Assembly: GCF_009914755.1 (NCBI RefSeq)
Contig: NC_060947.1
Reading direction: 5' to 3' (one strand)
DNA from: the human T2T-CHM13v2.0 reference genome, Homo sapiens
Length of the DNA: 64,000 nucleotides
In this document: positions 27,290 through 43,279 of the stretch, piece by piece
Layout: each line of letters starts with the position of its first letter
How positions within the stretch are numbered: the stretch's first letter is position 1
The notes under the pieces: generated by a model
Databases searched by the model: none
Seen by the model: only the letters and a program-made list of their open reading frames with translations
What the model was told of the DNA's origin: nothing
Program-made: the position numbers and the translations under genes

Positions 27290-27614
27290 GCCTTATGCTA
27301 TTGTTTTAGATTGGAATCTCTTTCCCACATTTTGGGCCTATTAAAATTTTCATTAGCCTTTAACTTTGAAACAAAATGCCTCATCCCTAAAAATGTGTAA
27401 CCACATCCTCTAAGGTTTAATGAATCACTACTTTTCCTTTACCGTCTCTGGCATAGAAGGACAATTTTTGCAATGAATTTTAATTAATCATTTGTATATG
27501 CTGCCTTCACTATAAATAGACTCATGAAGGACAGAAACTATGTAGGCTTCTTCTCCACATATCTCATAACACAACACTTTGAACATAATTACTCAAACAT
27601 TAGCTGAATTAAAT
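27290..27614 (+). mobile_element. L2 3' end
   Basis: CTCATGAAGGACAGAAACTATGT..ACATAATTACTCAAACATTAGCTGAAT. Confidence 0.55.
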
Positions 27615-28426
27615 TGTAAACAATATAAATTCTTTTCAAAAATGCTTCTGTGTAAGTTTAATCACAGATGATTTCAACATTTTGGGCTGGATTAGAAAAT
27701 AAAACAAAAAGAAGACCATTAGTTTGGAGGCAAATCTGAATACTACCCTGCATGAATACATAATTAAAATACATGATTTAATTATATATTTTGAAATATT
27801 TATGTGTCAGAGATGGAGTTAGTCTTTCCGCAAACATTACATCCCAAAAATGTGGGGAAGAGACATTATAACTGAAATACTTATTTCATGAAACAGAATA
27901 AATTCATTTTAAGAAACAAACTAACAAAAAAACACAATTTTATTGAGTTTTTTTGACACTTTACTCCCTTTTTTCATTATCTGACCTGATTGCCAGCAAT
28001 GTGGGTTTAAAAGAAGGGCACTTTTATTTAGAGATAAATATCCCACTGTGGCAGAAGAAGAAATGTACCCTCTGAGAAGGGAAAAGGAGGCTGTGAAGTG
28101 GATATTATTCAAGGTCAACAAAAGACAATTTCTAAAATGTAAAAAAAAAAATACCATAAGGGACTAAATAAAAGGCAGACCCGATTCTGGGCATGCAAAT
28201 ATCCCACTTACTCTACACATCAAGTGTGAGAGGAAAGAATCATTCCCCTCCACTTACTGATGCACAAATGGAGACAAAGGTGTCCAGAAATCACCCTGTC
28301 ACACAGCTAGCAAAGGCAAGATCTTGTGAGAAAATCCAGATTTTCCCCATATACTGCACGCCTTGAAGTCATTCCAAGTTACTATCCAATACTTGAGCGT
28401 TGCATTACTCAAGAATGATGATAGGG

Positions 28427-28807
28427 TGTATAAGTCCATTCTCACGCTGCTAATACAGACATACCTGAGACTGGGTAATTTATGAAGGAAAGAGGTTTAA
28501 TTGACTCACAGCTCCCCATGGCTGGAGAGGTCTCAGGAAACTTACAATCATGGCAGAAGGAGAAGCAAACACATCCTTCTTCACGTGGTGGCAAGAAGGA
28601 GAAATGCTGAGCAAAAGGGGGGAAAGCCCCTTATAAAACCATCAGATCTCATGAGAACTCACTCACTATCAAGAGAACAGCAGCATGGTGGCAACCACCC
28701 CCCTGATTAAATTACCTCCCACCGAGTCCTTCCCATGACACATGGGGATTATGAGAACTACAATTAAAGATGAGATTTGGGTGGGGACACAGCCAAACCA
28801 TATATCA
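28427..28807 (-). mobile_element. THE1C-like solo LTR
   Basis: TGTATAAGTCCATTCTCAC..CAGCCAAACCATATATCA; TSD TAGGG/CAGGG. Confidence 0.93.
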
Positions 28808-28860
28808 CAGGGTATAACAAGATATGATAGAAATTTGTTTCTGGACTTCTACTGCTCATG

Positions 28861-29172
28861 TTTTCTTTCCTCATCCCTCCCTCCCTCTCCTGCTGCTTCC
28901 TCCTTCCTTTTTTCCTTTTTTTTATCTCTTCCCCTTTCCTCCCCCACCTCTTCCTTTCTTCCTCTCTCCCTCCCTCTCTCCCTCCGTCCCTCTCTCCCTT
29001 CATTCCTTCCTTCTTTCCTTCCTTCCATCCTTTTTCCTTCCTTCCTTCCCTCCTTCCTTTTTTCTTTCCCTTCCTCCTTCCTTCCTTCCCTCCTCCCTTC
29101 TTTCCTTCCTTCCCTTCTTCCTTCTCTCCCTTCCCTCCTCCCGTCTTTCTTTCCTTCCATCCTTCCTTTTTT
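28861..29172. repeat. (CCTT)n / CT-rich pyrimidine tract
   Basis: Directly visible. Confidence 0.95.
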
Positions 29173-29567
29173 GCTTCCAACTTACATAGTCATCTTTGAT
29201 TCAGGGGTCCCAGTTCCTGATTACTAAAAGAAGAATAATCCTAATAGCACTGAATGTACTGACCTAATGGGTCTGTTATCACTATTAAATATCTGAGAAA
29301 TCACCAGGTATCTAGTGATGGAGGATTTGTGGTTATTTTTATAATGATTATCATTCAAGTAATTATCTCTTCTCACCTATATTTTTATCTTACAGAGAGC
29401 TTGCTTTGTCAAGGATCTCTGTGACACTCCACTTTTTAAATTAGTAGAAAATGTTTCCTTTTAAAATAAAGTATTATCTAAAACATTTCTTAACAAAATA
29501 ACAGTGTGTTATTTTTGGGAAGAAACAAAATGATACTTCCGATATGCAATTCTTCATATTGCTTAGG

Positions 29568-29877
29568 TTTTTTTTGTTTTTATTTTCCTTTTTGAGATGG
29601 CGTTTCACTCTTGTTGCCCAGGCTGGAGTGCAATGGCATGATCTCAGCTCACTGCAACCTCCACCTCCTGGGTTCTAGCAATCCTTCTGCCTGAGCCTCC
29701 CAAGTAGCTGGGATTACAGGCGCTCGCCACCACGCCTGGCTAATTTTTTGTATTTTTTGTAGAGATGGGGTTTCACCATCTTGGTCAGGCTGGTCTCAAA
29801 CTCCTGACCTCAGGTGATGCCCCAACCTTGCCCTCCCAAAGTGCTGGGATTACAGGCCTGAGCCACAGCACCCAGCC
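29568..29877 (-). mobile_element. AluS (Sq/Sp-like)
   Basis: Antisense dimer with CACTCTTGTTGCCCAGGCTGGAGTGCAATGG. Confidence 0.93.
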
Positions 29878-31158
29878 TTGAATTACTTTCCATGGCCATT
29901 TGTATTGCTGAAAGTAATCATACAACTACTAAATATGTTTTTTTCTTTGTGCTTGTCATATATCATCTGCTATTCTTTTCTGAACATAATTTAGTCTCTG
30001 AAAGACAAAGAAAGCAAGTTAAAAAATTGGCTTTAACTGGTATAAAAGGTTAAAGATGGAATTAGAAAGTACCCAGGCAAGCAAAGAAATAGTTTTTGAG
30101 ACAATCTGGCTTTCTGAAGTCTTTAGACAACAATAATATTGATGACTTCTGAAAGAACCAAATACTCTAGCGTGCTTGGGAGGACAAAATAAAAGTAAAT
30201 ATCTATGACGAACTTCAAATAGGGCCTCTCCTATACATAAATGTGCTTTAGGGTAAAGGTTTTAAATTTTTTTTAAAATTTTTTTTATTCTTTGTGAGAA
30301 ATCCATAAATTACAAGGGCTGCAAATTGCCTTTGAATACATCAGGCAGGAATAATTATGGCAAAGATGATTAGTTGTTTTTTGGTTTTTGTTCTTTAATC
30401 TATAATATTTAGGACAAAAATCATTTAAATGTAGGTTTGGGGCTTTTAAGGTCTTCTTATATTTAGTGTATATAGTTGAGGGATAGTCAACAATTCTACT
30501 AAATACCCATCGGAAGGTCATTATCTGCCTAATAAAAACCTTTGTTGAGAAGGCAATTTTAAAAACCAATCTAAAACTGATAAATACGGTGCAGTGAAGG
30601 GAGATTTATAATATTTCACAAACGTTATATTTAAGCCTCTATCTGAGGGTACAGATAGAATCAGATACTTTTGCATTCTTTGAAGAATATAAATTGTTTT
30701 CATTGCTGGCTGTTCTCTGGGACTTTGTTAGTCTCTGTTCACGGATCAGAGATAAGGGCTGGGTTATGAAGCTGATATGAGAGGAATGTACGGGACTGAT
30801 AAAAATCAAAGAGTGCCTTCCCGATACTAATGGCACTCTCAAACAGCTCACTGATACAAATAACTTAGCAGGCTTTTGGGAATTAAACCACTTCACTTTC
30901 TTACAGGGAAGTAATTATCCTGTCTGACAGTCCTGCTGAGATAGGGCCAAGCTTCCGGATATTATGCAGCTGGCTCTTCTAGGCTCCTAGGAGCCTCCCT
31001 TCAATACGTCCTCCAAAACCTTTACAGACTTCTACAACTCTGTTTCAGAACTCTGCAATTATTTGCCGCTCATATCAAGAAAACGAAAATCTCTCATGCA
31101 CTTTTTCGGCTCTAGCATTTGCAGATAAACCCAGGTTTGAGAAGACAATTAATGGATG

Positions 31159-31344
31159 TCATCCTTGGATCTCAGTAAGGACCTAGCATACATTAGACAC
31201 TAGGTATGTCTTGCATACACACAGAAAGAGAGAAAAATTGGGAGGCCATGTCAGTTTGACTTTGATATGGTTTTGCTGCATCCCCATCCAAATCTCACCT
31301 TGAATTGTAATAATCCCCACATGTCAAGGGCAGGGTCAGGTGGA
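31159..31344. repeat. Left arm of a perfect 186-bp inverted duplication (104 bp of flank plus the first 82 bp of a THE1 LTR)
   Basis: Base-by-base reverse complement of 32822-33007; no mismatch found. Confidence 0.97.
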
Positions 31345-31692
31345 TTATTTCTAAATTGTTTGTGCTCACCTGTCATGTGTTCACATGTGATTAAGAGTAA
31401 GATGTTCTATCAAGAGAACATTTTTCCATGTGGCCCATTCTGACTTACAGTGTCCTTGACTAATTTACTCGGAGTATTTTGGAAAATGTTGGCAAGGCTT
31501 TCCTAAAGGGCTATTTAGTGAGTTTTCTTAGCATTTGCCCTAGTTTCCATAAATCCTATGAAAACATTTACTTTTGTTCTATATTTACTTTCCTGACCCA
31601 GCCAATATTATCCTTCCTCTGCTTAAAATTGATGTGCTACTCTTTCTCTGGAGAATTTTGTAGCAACTTGAGAATAGATACACATTCAGATA

Positions 31693-32138
31693 CAGTCAAC
31701 TGTTCAACAACACAGGTTTGAACTACGCAGGTGCACTTAAACGTGGCTTTTCTTCCACCTCTGCCTCCTCTGAGACAGCAAGACCAACCCCCTCCTCTCT
31801 CACCTCCTCCTCCTCAGCCTACTCAACATGAAGATGGCAGAGATGAAGACATTTATGATGACCTATTTCCACTTAAGAATAGTAAATACATTTTGTCTTC
31901 ATTATTATTTTCTTATTAATATTTCCTTTTCTCTAGCTTACTTTAATGTAAGAATACAGTATGTAATAGATAGAACATAAAAAATATTTCTTAATTAGTT
32001 GTTCATGTTATGGGTAAGGCTTCAGGTCAACTGTAGGCTATTAGTAGTTAAGTTTTGGGCAAGTCAAAAGTTATACACAGATTTTTGGCTGTGTGGAGGT
32101 TGGTACCGCTAATCCTTGCATTGTTCCAGGGTCAACTG
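31693..32138 (+). mobile_element. Tigger2a (MER28) DNA transposon
   Basis: TA-flanked; CAGTCAACTGTTCAACAACACAGG and TTGTTCCAGGGTCAACTG termini; TGAGACAGCAAGACCAACCCCTCC. Confidence 0.9.
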
Positions 32139-32547
32139 TATACATATACACACATTAGACTACACATATACACAGACGGAGTTCAAGACTAACCTCCCAA
32201 TATAAACTTTACAAACATTGACCCATGTCTCTCCATCAAGAGTCTCAATCTTCTATTCTTCCTTCAGTGCCATCTTCATAAAGATGTGTACACATCACAT
32301 ACCAAGGATCCACTCATTGTTTGCTCAGCATCACTAAAGCAAGCCTCCTTCCTTTTCATGCTCTTTGACATCCATGTGTCAACATGGGACTGAGGGAGGA
32401 ACATAAATACAACTGGGATTTCTGTAGTTAATCTTGTAGTTAATCCCATTAGTGTAGAAGAGAGAAAATTAGAATAAGGCAGGTTAAGCAATGTTTCCAA
32501 AGTATCAGAGCACGTCTTGCGAATAAAAGGGTACAAGTATTGAAGAC

Positions 32548-32903
32548 TGTATTAGTCTGTTCTCACCATGCTAATAAAGACATACCCAAGTCTGGGTAAT
32601 TTATAAAGGAAAGAGATTTAATTGACTCACAGTTCCACATGGCTGGGGAGGCCTCACAATCATGGTGGAAGGCGAATGAGGAGCAAAGTCATGTGTTACA
32701 TGGTGGCAGGCAAGAAAGCTTGTGCAGGGGAACTCCCATTTATAAAACCATCAGATCTCATGAGACTTATTCACTACCATGAGAACAGTATGAAGGAAAC
32801 TTCCCCTATGATTCAATTATCTCCACCTGACCCTGCCCTTGACATGTGGGGATTATTACAATTCAAGGTGAGATTTGGATGGGGATGCAGCAAAACCATA
32901 TCA
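32548..32903 (-). mobile_element. THE1B-like solo LTR
   Basis: TGTATTAGTCTG..AAACCATATCA; TSD AAGAC/AAGTC. Confidence 0.93.
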
Positions 32904-33007
32904 AAGTCAAACTGACATGGCCTCCCAATTTTTCTCTCTTTCTGTGTGTATGCAAGACATACCTAGTGTCTAATGTATGCTAGGTCCTTACTGAGATCCA
33001 AGGATGA
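32822..33007. repeat. Right (donor) arm of the 186-bp inverted duplication
   Basis: Reverse complement of 31159-31344. Confidence 0.97.
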
Positions 33008-34148
33008 AGATATGATTAAAATAAAAGAGGTTTCTGCCCTAATTATATGCAGGGAGAAAGAAAGCAAAGATGAGATTAAAAGGAGGCCTATGTTCTGTGG
33101 CAGGGGAAACCCTGGCTTTGAAATCTGTTACCTACTCTTGTCCTGCCTTAGTGGATAGCAGGGAAAATGATAATATATGCTAGCCTTTGCCATCATATAG
33201 TGAGACTAACATTGGATAATGTATGTCCTGTATGCTATTTGATATATAACTGTTAACTCAATAAAGGTAATTTCTCTTCTTCTCTTTTCTAGTGACTTAA
33301 CTAAGTCAGTAAACCACTTAATTTAATCCAAGCCCAGTGCTCTGGTATGGCAGAAATATTACACTGGAGAGAAAACAGAATTTGCTCAAAAAAGGCATTA
33401 GCAGTGCCTTGAGGATAGTTGTTTCCATAAGTTGTTGTTATTCTTGTTTTGTTTTTTCTTTTTTTTTTTTTACTGCTGTTCCATTGATGGAATTTTATAT
33501 TATACTGGCAACATTTTTATTATACAAGCTATAAATTCCTGAACAGAAAATTCCAGAATGCCCAACGCATAGGTGTTGGTTTGTTTCTAGATGATCAATC
33601 ATATCCTATTGAGACCCAGTTTCCATGCTTGCTTATGTAACCCATGGATGATCAGTTCACCCAGCATCTTAAACAGACTAGGTATACCCTAGAAGGGTTC
33701 AATACTGTAACACAATACAAAATAACATGCTAAAAATAATTGAAGAAAGACCCAGTTTCAGTGATGACAACACCCCAAATTGAAAGATAAAAAAATAAAA
33801 TAAACAAAAACAGAATAACGAAGAACTGTGGGATAATTACAAAAGTTGTGACTTATTTATTTATAATTGAAATATCAGAGGAGAAGAAAAAGAGAATGGA
33901 ACAGAAAAAAGTGTTTGAGGTAAGAATAGCTGAGAATTTTCTAGAATTAATGGCTGACATTGATCATTGTCTAGAAACCTCTGAGAACACCAAGCAAGAT
34001 GAATACCAACAGCTACACCTAAGCATTTTGCTTTCAAACTGCAGAAAACCAGAAACAAAGAAACTCTTGAAAAAAGCTGGGAAGGGGGTTGAAGAGCACC
34101 TTCCCTATAGATAAATGAGGACAAGAATTAACAGTGGACTTCTCATCA

Positions 34149-34700
34149 TTATGCAAAAAAGATACTTCCACATGCATGTTTATAGCAGCACAATTCGCAA
34201 TTGCAAAACTATGGAACTGGCCCAAATGTCCATCAATCAATGAATGGATGAAGAATTATCCACAATTAAATGTGATATATATATGTGATACACACAAACA
34301 CACACACACACACCATGGAATACTATTCAGTCATAAAAAGGAATGAAATAATGGCATTCACAGCAACCTGGATAGAATTGGAGACCATCATTCTAAGTGA
34401 AGTAACTCAGGAATGGAAAACTAAACATCGTATGTTCTCACTCGTAAGTGGGAGCTAAGCTATGAGGTCAGAAAGGCATAAGAATGACAAAATGGACTTT
34501 GGGGACTTGGGGGAAAGGGTGGGAGAGGGATAAAAGACCACACATTGAGGGATAAAAGACTATACATTGGGTACAGTGTATATTGCTTGGGTGATGGGTG
34601 CATCAAAATCTCACAAATCAACACTAAAGAACTTACTCATGTAACCAAACACCACCTGTTCCCCAATATCCTATGAAAATAAAAACATAAATACATTTTA
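34149..34700 (+). mobile_element. L1PB 3' end
   Basis: GAAGTAACTCAGGAATGGAAAAC..CAAATCAACACTAAAGAACTTACTCATGTAACC; 22-bp internal tandem duplication at 34525-34568. Confidence 0.9.
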
Positions 34701-34709
34701 AAAAGAATT

Positions 34710-34944
<235 letters not shown>

Positions 34945-35020
34945 TTAAAAAAACAAGCAAAACGGTGAACTTCTCACCAAAAACCATGCAAGCAAGAAGA
35001 GAATGGAGTAAAATATTTAA

Positions 35021-37265
<2,245 letters not shown>

Positions 37266-38261
37266 AAAGAAAACAACTAAACAACCATCAACCTAGAATT
37301 CTGTATCTAATAACATTATCCTCAAAAAGTGAAGAAGAAATAGACTTTCTCATAAAAATAAAAACTCAAATAATTCATCTCCACAGACAGGCCCACTAGA
37401 AATGTTTGAAGAGGTTCTTCAGGTTGAAGAAAAATGCTGTAGTTCAGAAACTTGGATCTAGTAAGGGAAAAGGGAACTTCAAAGAAGGAATAAAAAATGT
37501 AGAATGAAATATTTTTATTTTTCTATACTTAATGATATAATAGATAACTATTTCTTTATAGTAATTATCATAATATATTGAGTGATTGTAGCATACAGAT
37601 CAATGAAATGAATTAAGGCAATGTTATAGTGAACAAGACAGAGAAATTGGGAACACTTTATTATAAATTACTCAAACTATACAGGAAGTGATTCAGCGAT
37701 ATTTGAGGTGGGAAGTAATTTAATTTAAAAGGTATATTAATAATCCTAGGTAAAAGAATACATTTGTTAAAAGAAGTAGAATTAATGTGTGAAAACTAAA
37801 GGGAAATTGCAGTCATACAAAATGCTTCATTAAAACGAAAGACTGAAAAAGGAGGGGAAAAGAAATAAAGTAATTATACTGCACAACCAGTCGGCATTTA
37901 TTTGTAGTATGCAAAATAGTTTCAACATTTTAAAATTAATGAATGTAATATACCATATCAGTGGTCCAAAGAAGGCAAAAGAAATCATCTGAACTTATAA
38001 TTAGATGCAGATAAAGCTTTTGACAAAAATTCAATACTTATTATAAAAATTCTTAGCAAACTAGAATCAGGAGATGATTCCTTAACTTGATTTTAAAATA
38101 TCCAAGAAAAACACATTTATAATGTTATTCTTAACATCCAGTGAGAAGCTGGATTATCTCCCTCTCATAATATTAGCAAAATCATGAGGATGACTTTTCT
38201 CAACAGTCCTGTATAACATAGTATTGAATCCCCAGTCCTAGCTAGCTAGAAAAAAAGTTAA

Positions 38262-38598
<337 letters not shown>

Positions 38599-38603
38599 TC
38601 ATC

Positions 38604-38827
38604 TGTATTTGCAGATGAGTTTTTTTGTCTTTTGCAGAGAATACCAAAGATGTAACAACAAAAATACCTCTGAGAATTAATAAGTGTCTATACAAAGGTT
38701 ACAGGACACAAGGTTAATATACAAAAATTTGTTGATTACCTATTGACAGGCCTGAGAAACTAGACATTAAAGAAACAATTAAAGGGGTCTTTGAGAAATG
38801 GCTGATTCTAGAGTTGGGGCAGGAAAA
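38604..38827. repeat. Left arm of a 224-bp inverted duplication (about 86% identity)
   Basis: Gap-free reverse-complement match to 39664-39887, about 31 mismatches by hand count. Confidence 0.92.
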
Positions 38828-39663
38828 ACACAAAATAAGCCCAGATCCTATTAACAATATCACCAAAAGACAAATATTTTAGGAATAAATCTAATAATAT
38901 CTGTACAGGATCTGTATGTGGAAAAGTTGAAAACTCTGATGAAAGTAATGGAAGAAGATCTGAGGAAATGGAGAGAAATTTTATGTTCATGTTTTTGAAA
39001 ACTCAATACAATTAAGATAGCCATTCTTTCTAATGTTATGTATCAGTTAAATGTACTCTCAATCACAATGCCAGCAAGCTATTTTGTAGACGGGACAAAA
39101 TGTTTCTGAAGTTTAAATGGAATGGCAAAAGACCCAGAATAGCCAACACAAAGCTGAAGAAGATGAACAAAGTTGGAGATGTCAAATGATCCAGTTTCAA
39201 GCAGTGAAAGGCTACAACCATGGAGAGACCATAGTATTATTAAAAGAATGCACACATGTGCAATGAAACAGAACAGAGAGCCAAGACATAGATTCATGTG
39301 AATACGACCAACGAATCTTTGTCAAAGGTGCGAAGACAGTCAATGGAGGGATACGTGGCCGTTTCAACAAATGATGCTGAAAAAAATGGAATGTACCTTT
39401 GCTGGAAGACAAAAACCTTACACCTTTTACAAAAATTAACAAAATATGGATCAGGAACTTCAATGTAACATGAAAAGCTGTAAAACATCTAGAAAAAAAT
39501 AGGAAAAAAATCTCCATGTCTTTGGCTTGCTCATGAGGTACTTTTGTTGAGTACACCCCTGTATTTATTGAGATATAATTTATGAATAAAATTGTGTGCA
39601 ATGTGATTCTTATATAAGCATCACACTACACACCTTAAATTTATACACACACAACTATGAGTA

Positions 39664-39887
39664 TTTTCTGACCCCAGCCCTAGATTCAGCCATTTCTCAA
39701 AGACCCCTTTAATTGTTTCTTTAATGTCTACTGGCTTATGCCTGTCTACAGGCAATCAGCTGAGTTTTGTATATTAACCTTGTGTCCTGTCATCTTTGTA
39801 TAGACACTTATTAATTCCCAGAGGCATTTTTGTTGTTACATCTTGGGGATTCTCTGCAAAAATAAAATCATCTCATTTGCAAATACA
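39664..39887. repeat. Right arm of the 224-bp inverted duplication
   Basis: Reverse complement of 38604-38827. Confidence 0.92.
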
Positions 39888-41526
39888 CACACACAAACCC
39901 GTATAATACACATACATACATGCACTCACACATATGTATATGCATACATATCTAAATATAATGTAAAATGATTACCACAATCAAGTTAATTAAATCTAAA
40001 AGCACAATCTATGAAAGACAGAAAATGTTGGACTTTATTCAAGTTAAAAACTTCTACAGTATGAAATACACTGTTAAAACTTGAAAGGAAACTCAGGTTG
40101 TAGAATAAAATATACCCAAAATATATGTCCGGTAAAAGATCTGTAGCCAGCATACACCAAAAGCTCTTACCAAAGCGCTCTTAAAATAAGAGAACAAACT
40201 ATTCTAATTAAAAAACTGAACAAAGTATTTAAACAGACAACAGCTAAGGTATACAGATGGCAAATGAGCATATGAAAAGATGTTCAACAACAGTTTTCAT
40301 TAGGGAATTGCAAATTAAATCAACAATGTGATAGCCCTACACACCTACTAGAATGACTAAAATCCCAAATTTCTATAATACCAAATGCTGACAAGAATAC
40401 AGAGAAACACAAATTCTCACTCTTTACTGGTGAGTAAAGTCATTTAGGAAGAAAGTTTGGTCATTTATTACAAAGCTAATTGTAATCATACCATATAATC
40501 CAGCAGCCATGCTCCTGTTATTAACCCAACTGAATTGAAAACTTATGTGCACAAAAAAACCTGCACACAAATGTTTATACTGCCTATATCCTGACTTACC
40601 TGTTATATTCATTTGACTTGGCGTAAAATCCAACGGAGAAAAAATATTGCTGGTACATTCACATTTTCGATCCAGTGCAGTACACAATATTGAAGGGAGA
40701 AATATCAAACATCCGTGTGTACCCCAGGGTTTCCTTATCTGTTTAGAATTTTTCCATCGATGCTATGTCTGTAATATAGCAATATCGAACTCAAATTGTG
40801 AGAGTATGTTTAATCTTTGGTTACCGCATTCAAATATTTATTATCTGTTAACCATGATATATTTATTTTACTTCATGAAGAAATTAAAGGCATTTCTTTA
40901 ACTAAATGACCCAAGGGAAGCCATGCAGAAGGATTTAACCAACAAGCAGAACTACCAGGAATGGTCCTAGGTATTACCTGCTGGGGGTGTGCTCTCAGTA
41001 ATTCTCAAAGAGAGACTTACCAATCTCCCCACAAGGAGCTTCAGGGTCATTCATAAATATTGGAGACAGGCTCTGAGAGAGCCAAAATGTCTCCTGGGGG
41101 CAGGAAGCTCTTTCTATTTGTTTGAGAGTATATTTTATAAAGTCTCTGTCTTGGAACCCCAAAGTAAAGTGAAAGGTGTCGCTGAATTGTTTTATGTTCT
41201 AAAGTATAAACTCCTTCTGGAGGGCAGGACAGAAGACAGTATAACTTTTCTTTCTTGGTGATGTATTTATTCAGCCTGACTCTAATAGCAATATTTTAAA
41301 CATTTTTTTTATTTCCTTTATCTAAGGGATGTGATGTTAGCAAAAATACGAAGTTCAGGGGAGTGATGGCTTTGAGATGTGTTTTTTTCCTTGCTAGATA
41401 AAAATATACTTTCTCCTTGTTCATAGATTGTTAGATTCCTGTTTCCCCCATCCTACTCCTCTGCCTAGCTCTGGAAACACAAATGGCACACGGTTCTCTT
41501 GGGACCCTGTATAAATGTGTATGCTG

Positions 41527-41980
41527 CTATTCACAATAGCAAAGACATAGAATGAACATAAGCGTACATCACCTGTGGATTGGATAAAGAAAATGTGGTG
41601 CAGCTATACCATGGAATACTATGCAGCCATAAAAAAGAACAAAATTATATCCTCTGCAGCAACATGGATGCAACTGGAGGCCATCATCCTAAGTCAAGTA
41701 ATGCAGAAACAGCAAATCAAGGACCACATGTTCTCTCTTACATGCTGGAGCTAAACATTGGGTACGCAGGGACATGAAGATGGGAACAATATGAACTGCC
41801 GTCTACTAGGGGTCAGGGAGGGAGGGGGACAAGGGTTGAAAAACTACCTATTGGGTACTATGCCCAGTACTTGGGTGACAGATTCAATCATGCCACAAAC
41901 CTCAGCATCACACAACATACCCAGGTAACAAACCCTCACATGTATTCTTGAATACAAAATAAAAATGGAAATTAAAAAAA
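41527..41980 (+). mobile_element. Old primate L1 (PA16/17 or PB-like) 3' end
   Basis: GGATAAAGAAAATGTGG..AAAACTACCTATTGGGTACTATGC..AAAATAAAAATGG. Confidence 0.88.
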
Positions 41981-42659
41981 AATGTGTGTGCTGGGCATCC
42001 AGATGGATTTCAAGGATACTCAAATTGTTGGCTAATGGCACTGGTCTGTGGACCTTAGTTTATTTAGAGACAAAATATATGCATGCATTGCTCAAGGTGC
42101 CAGCTGTCTCCCATCAGGCAGGTTTTGGATCCTGCATTCAAGATTCCATAGCACTTAAACATCCCTTTAGATGAGTTGTCTGCTTGGAATACAATCCACG
42201 ATCCACCGCGGCTCCAGAGTGCAAAAACATGAGCATGAACATGAACTCTATTAAAGCAAAATAAAGAACAAAATTGATATTTTCCTTGCAAAGAAGTTAA
42301 CGTTTATTATCAAAAATGCTCTCCTGTAAGCTGGCTTAAGTTGAATATGGAAAATGTGAAGTTTATCCCAGGCTTCTCGAAAAGTGTTTTGACATTCCTT
42401 TACATTCTTTCCCTTACCATCATCACAATCAAATAATTATCAAAGGGTCATAATTATTATGTTTTCATTATGAGCAAAAAAAAGGACTTTTGCTCATTCT
42501 GAATAATTTTGCATAGCAGCTAAAAATCATACGAAACTATGCTGAGTGAACAAAAATCCTTTTTTTTTCAAGCAGATTGAGAGGAAGGAGAGAAGGAATG
42601 AAAAAAAAGGATGAGAGGGAAGGGAAGACAGGAAAGAAGAACCTCTGGAAATAGAATGA

Positions 42660-43013
<354 letters not shown>

Positions 43014-43279
43014 TAAGTGAGTTTTTGGGATGCGTTGAACTGATGCCATGATATTTTCTGGTCAGGCTTCCATGCCCTGTCTATATTCCTGATTCTATCT
43101 GCCCACCTAGTGAGAAACGATTTCCTCAGTGTCTGTCCATCTGAAAAACCACAAAAGATGTTCTGGAAAAAGACCTCACATCTTTTTGCTTAATGAAAGA
43201 CAAGTTTTAAATGTACAACAGGTTATATAATTCTTGGGATATCTGTTAAATATATTACCTCTCTGATCTTTTACGCATA

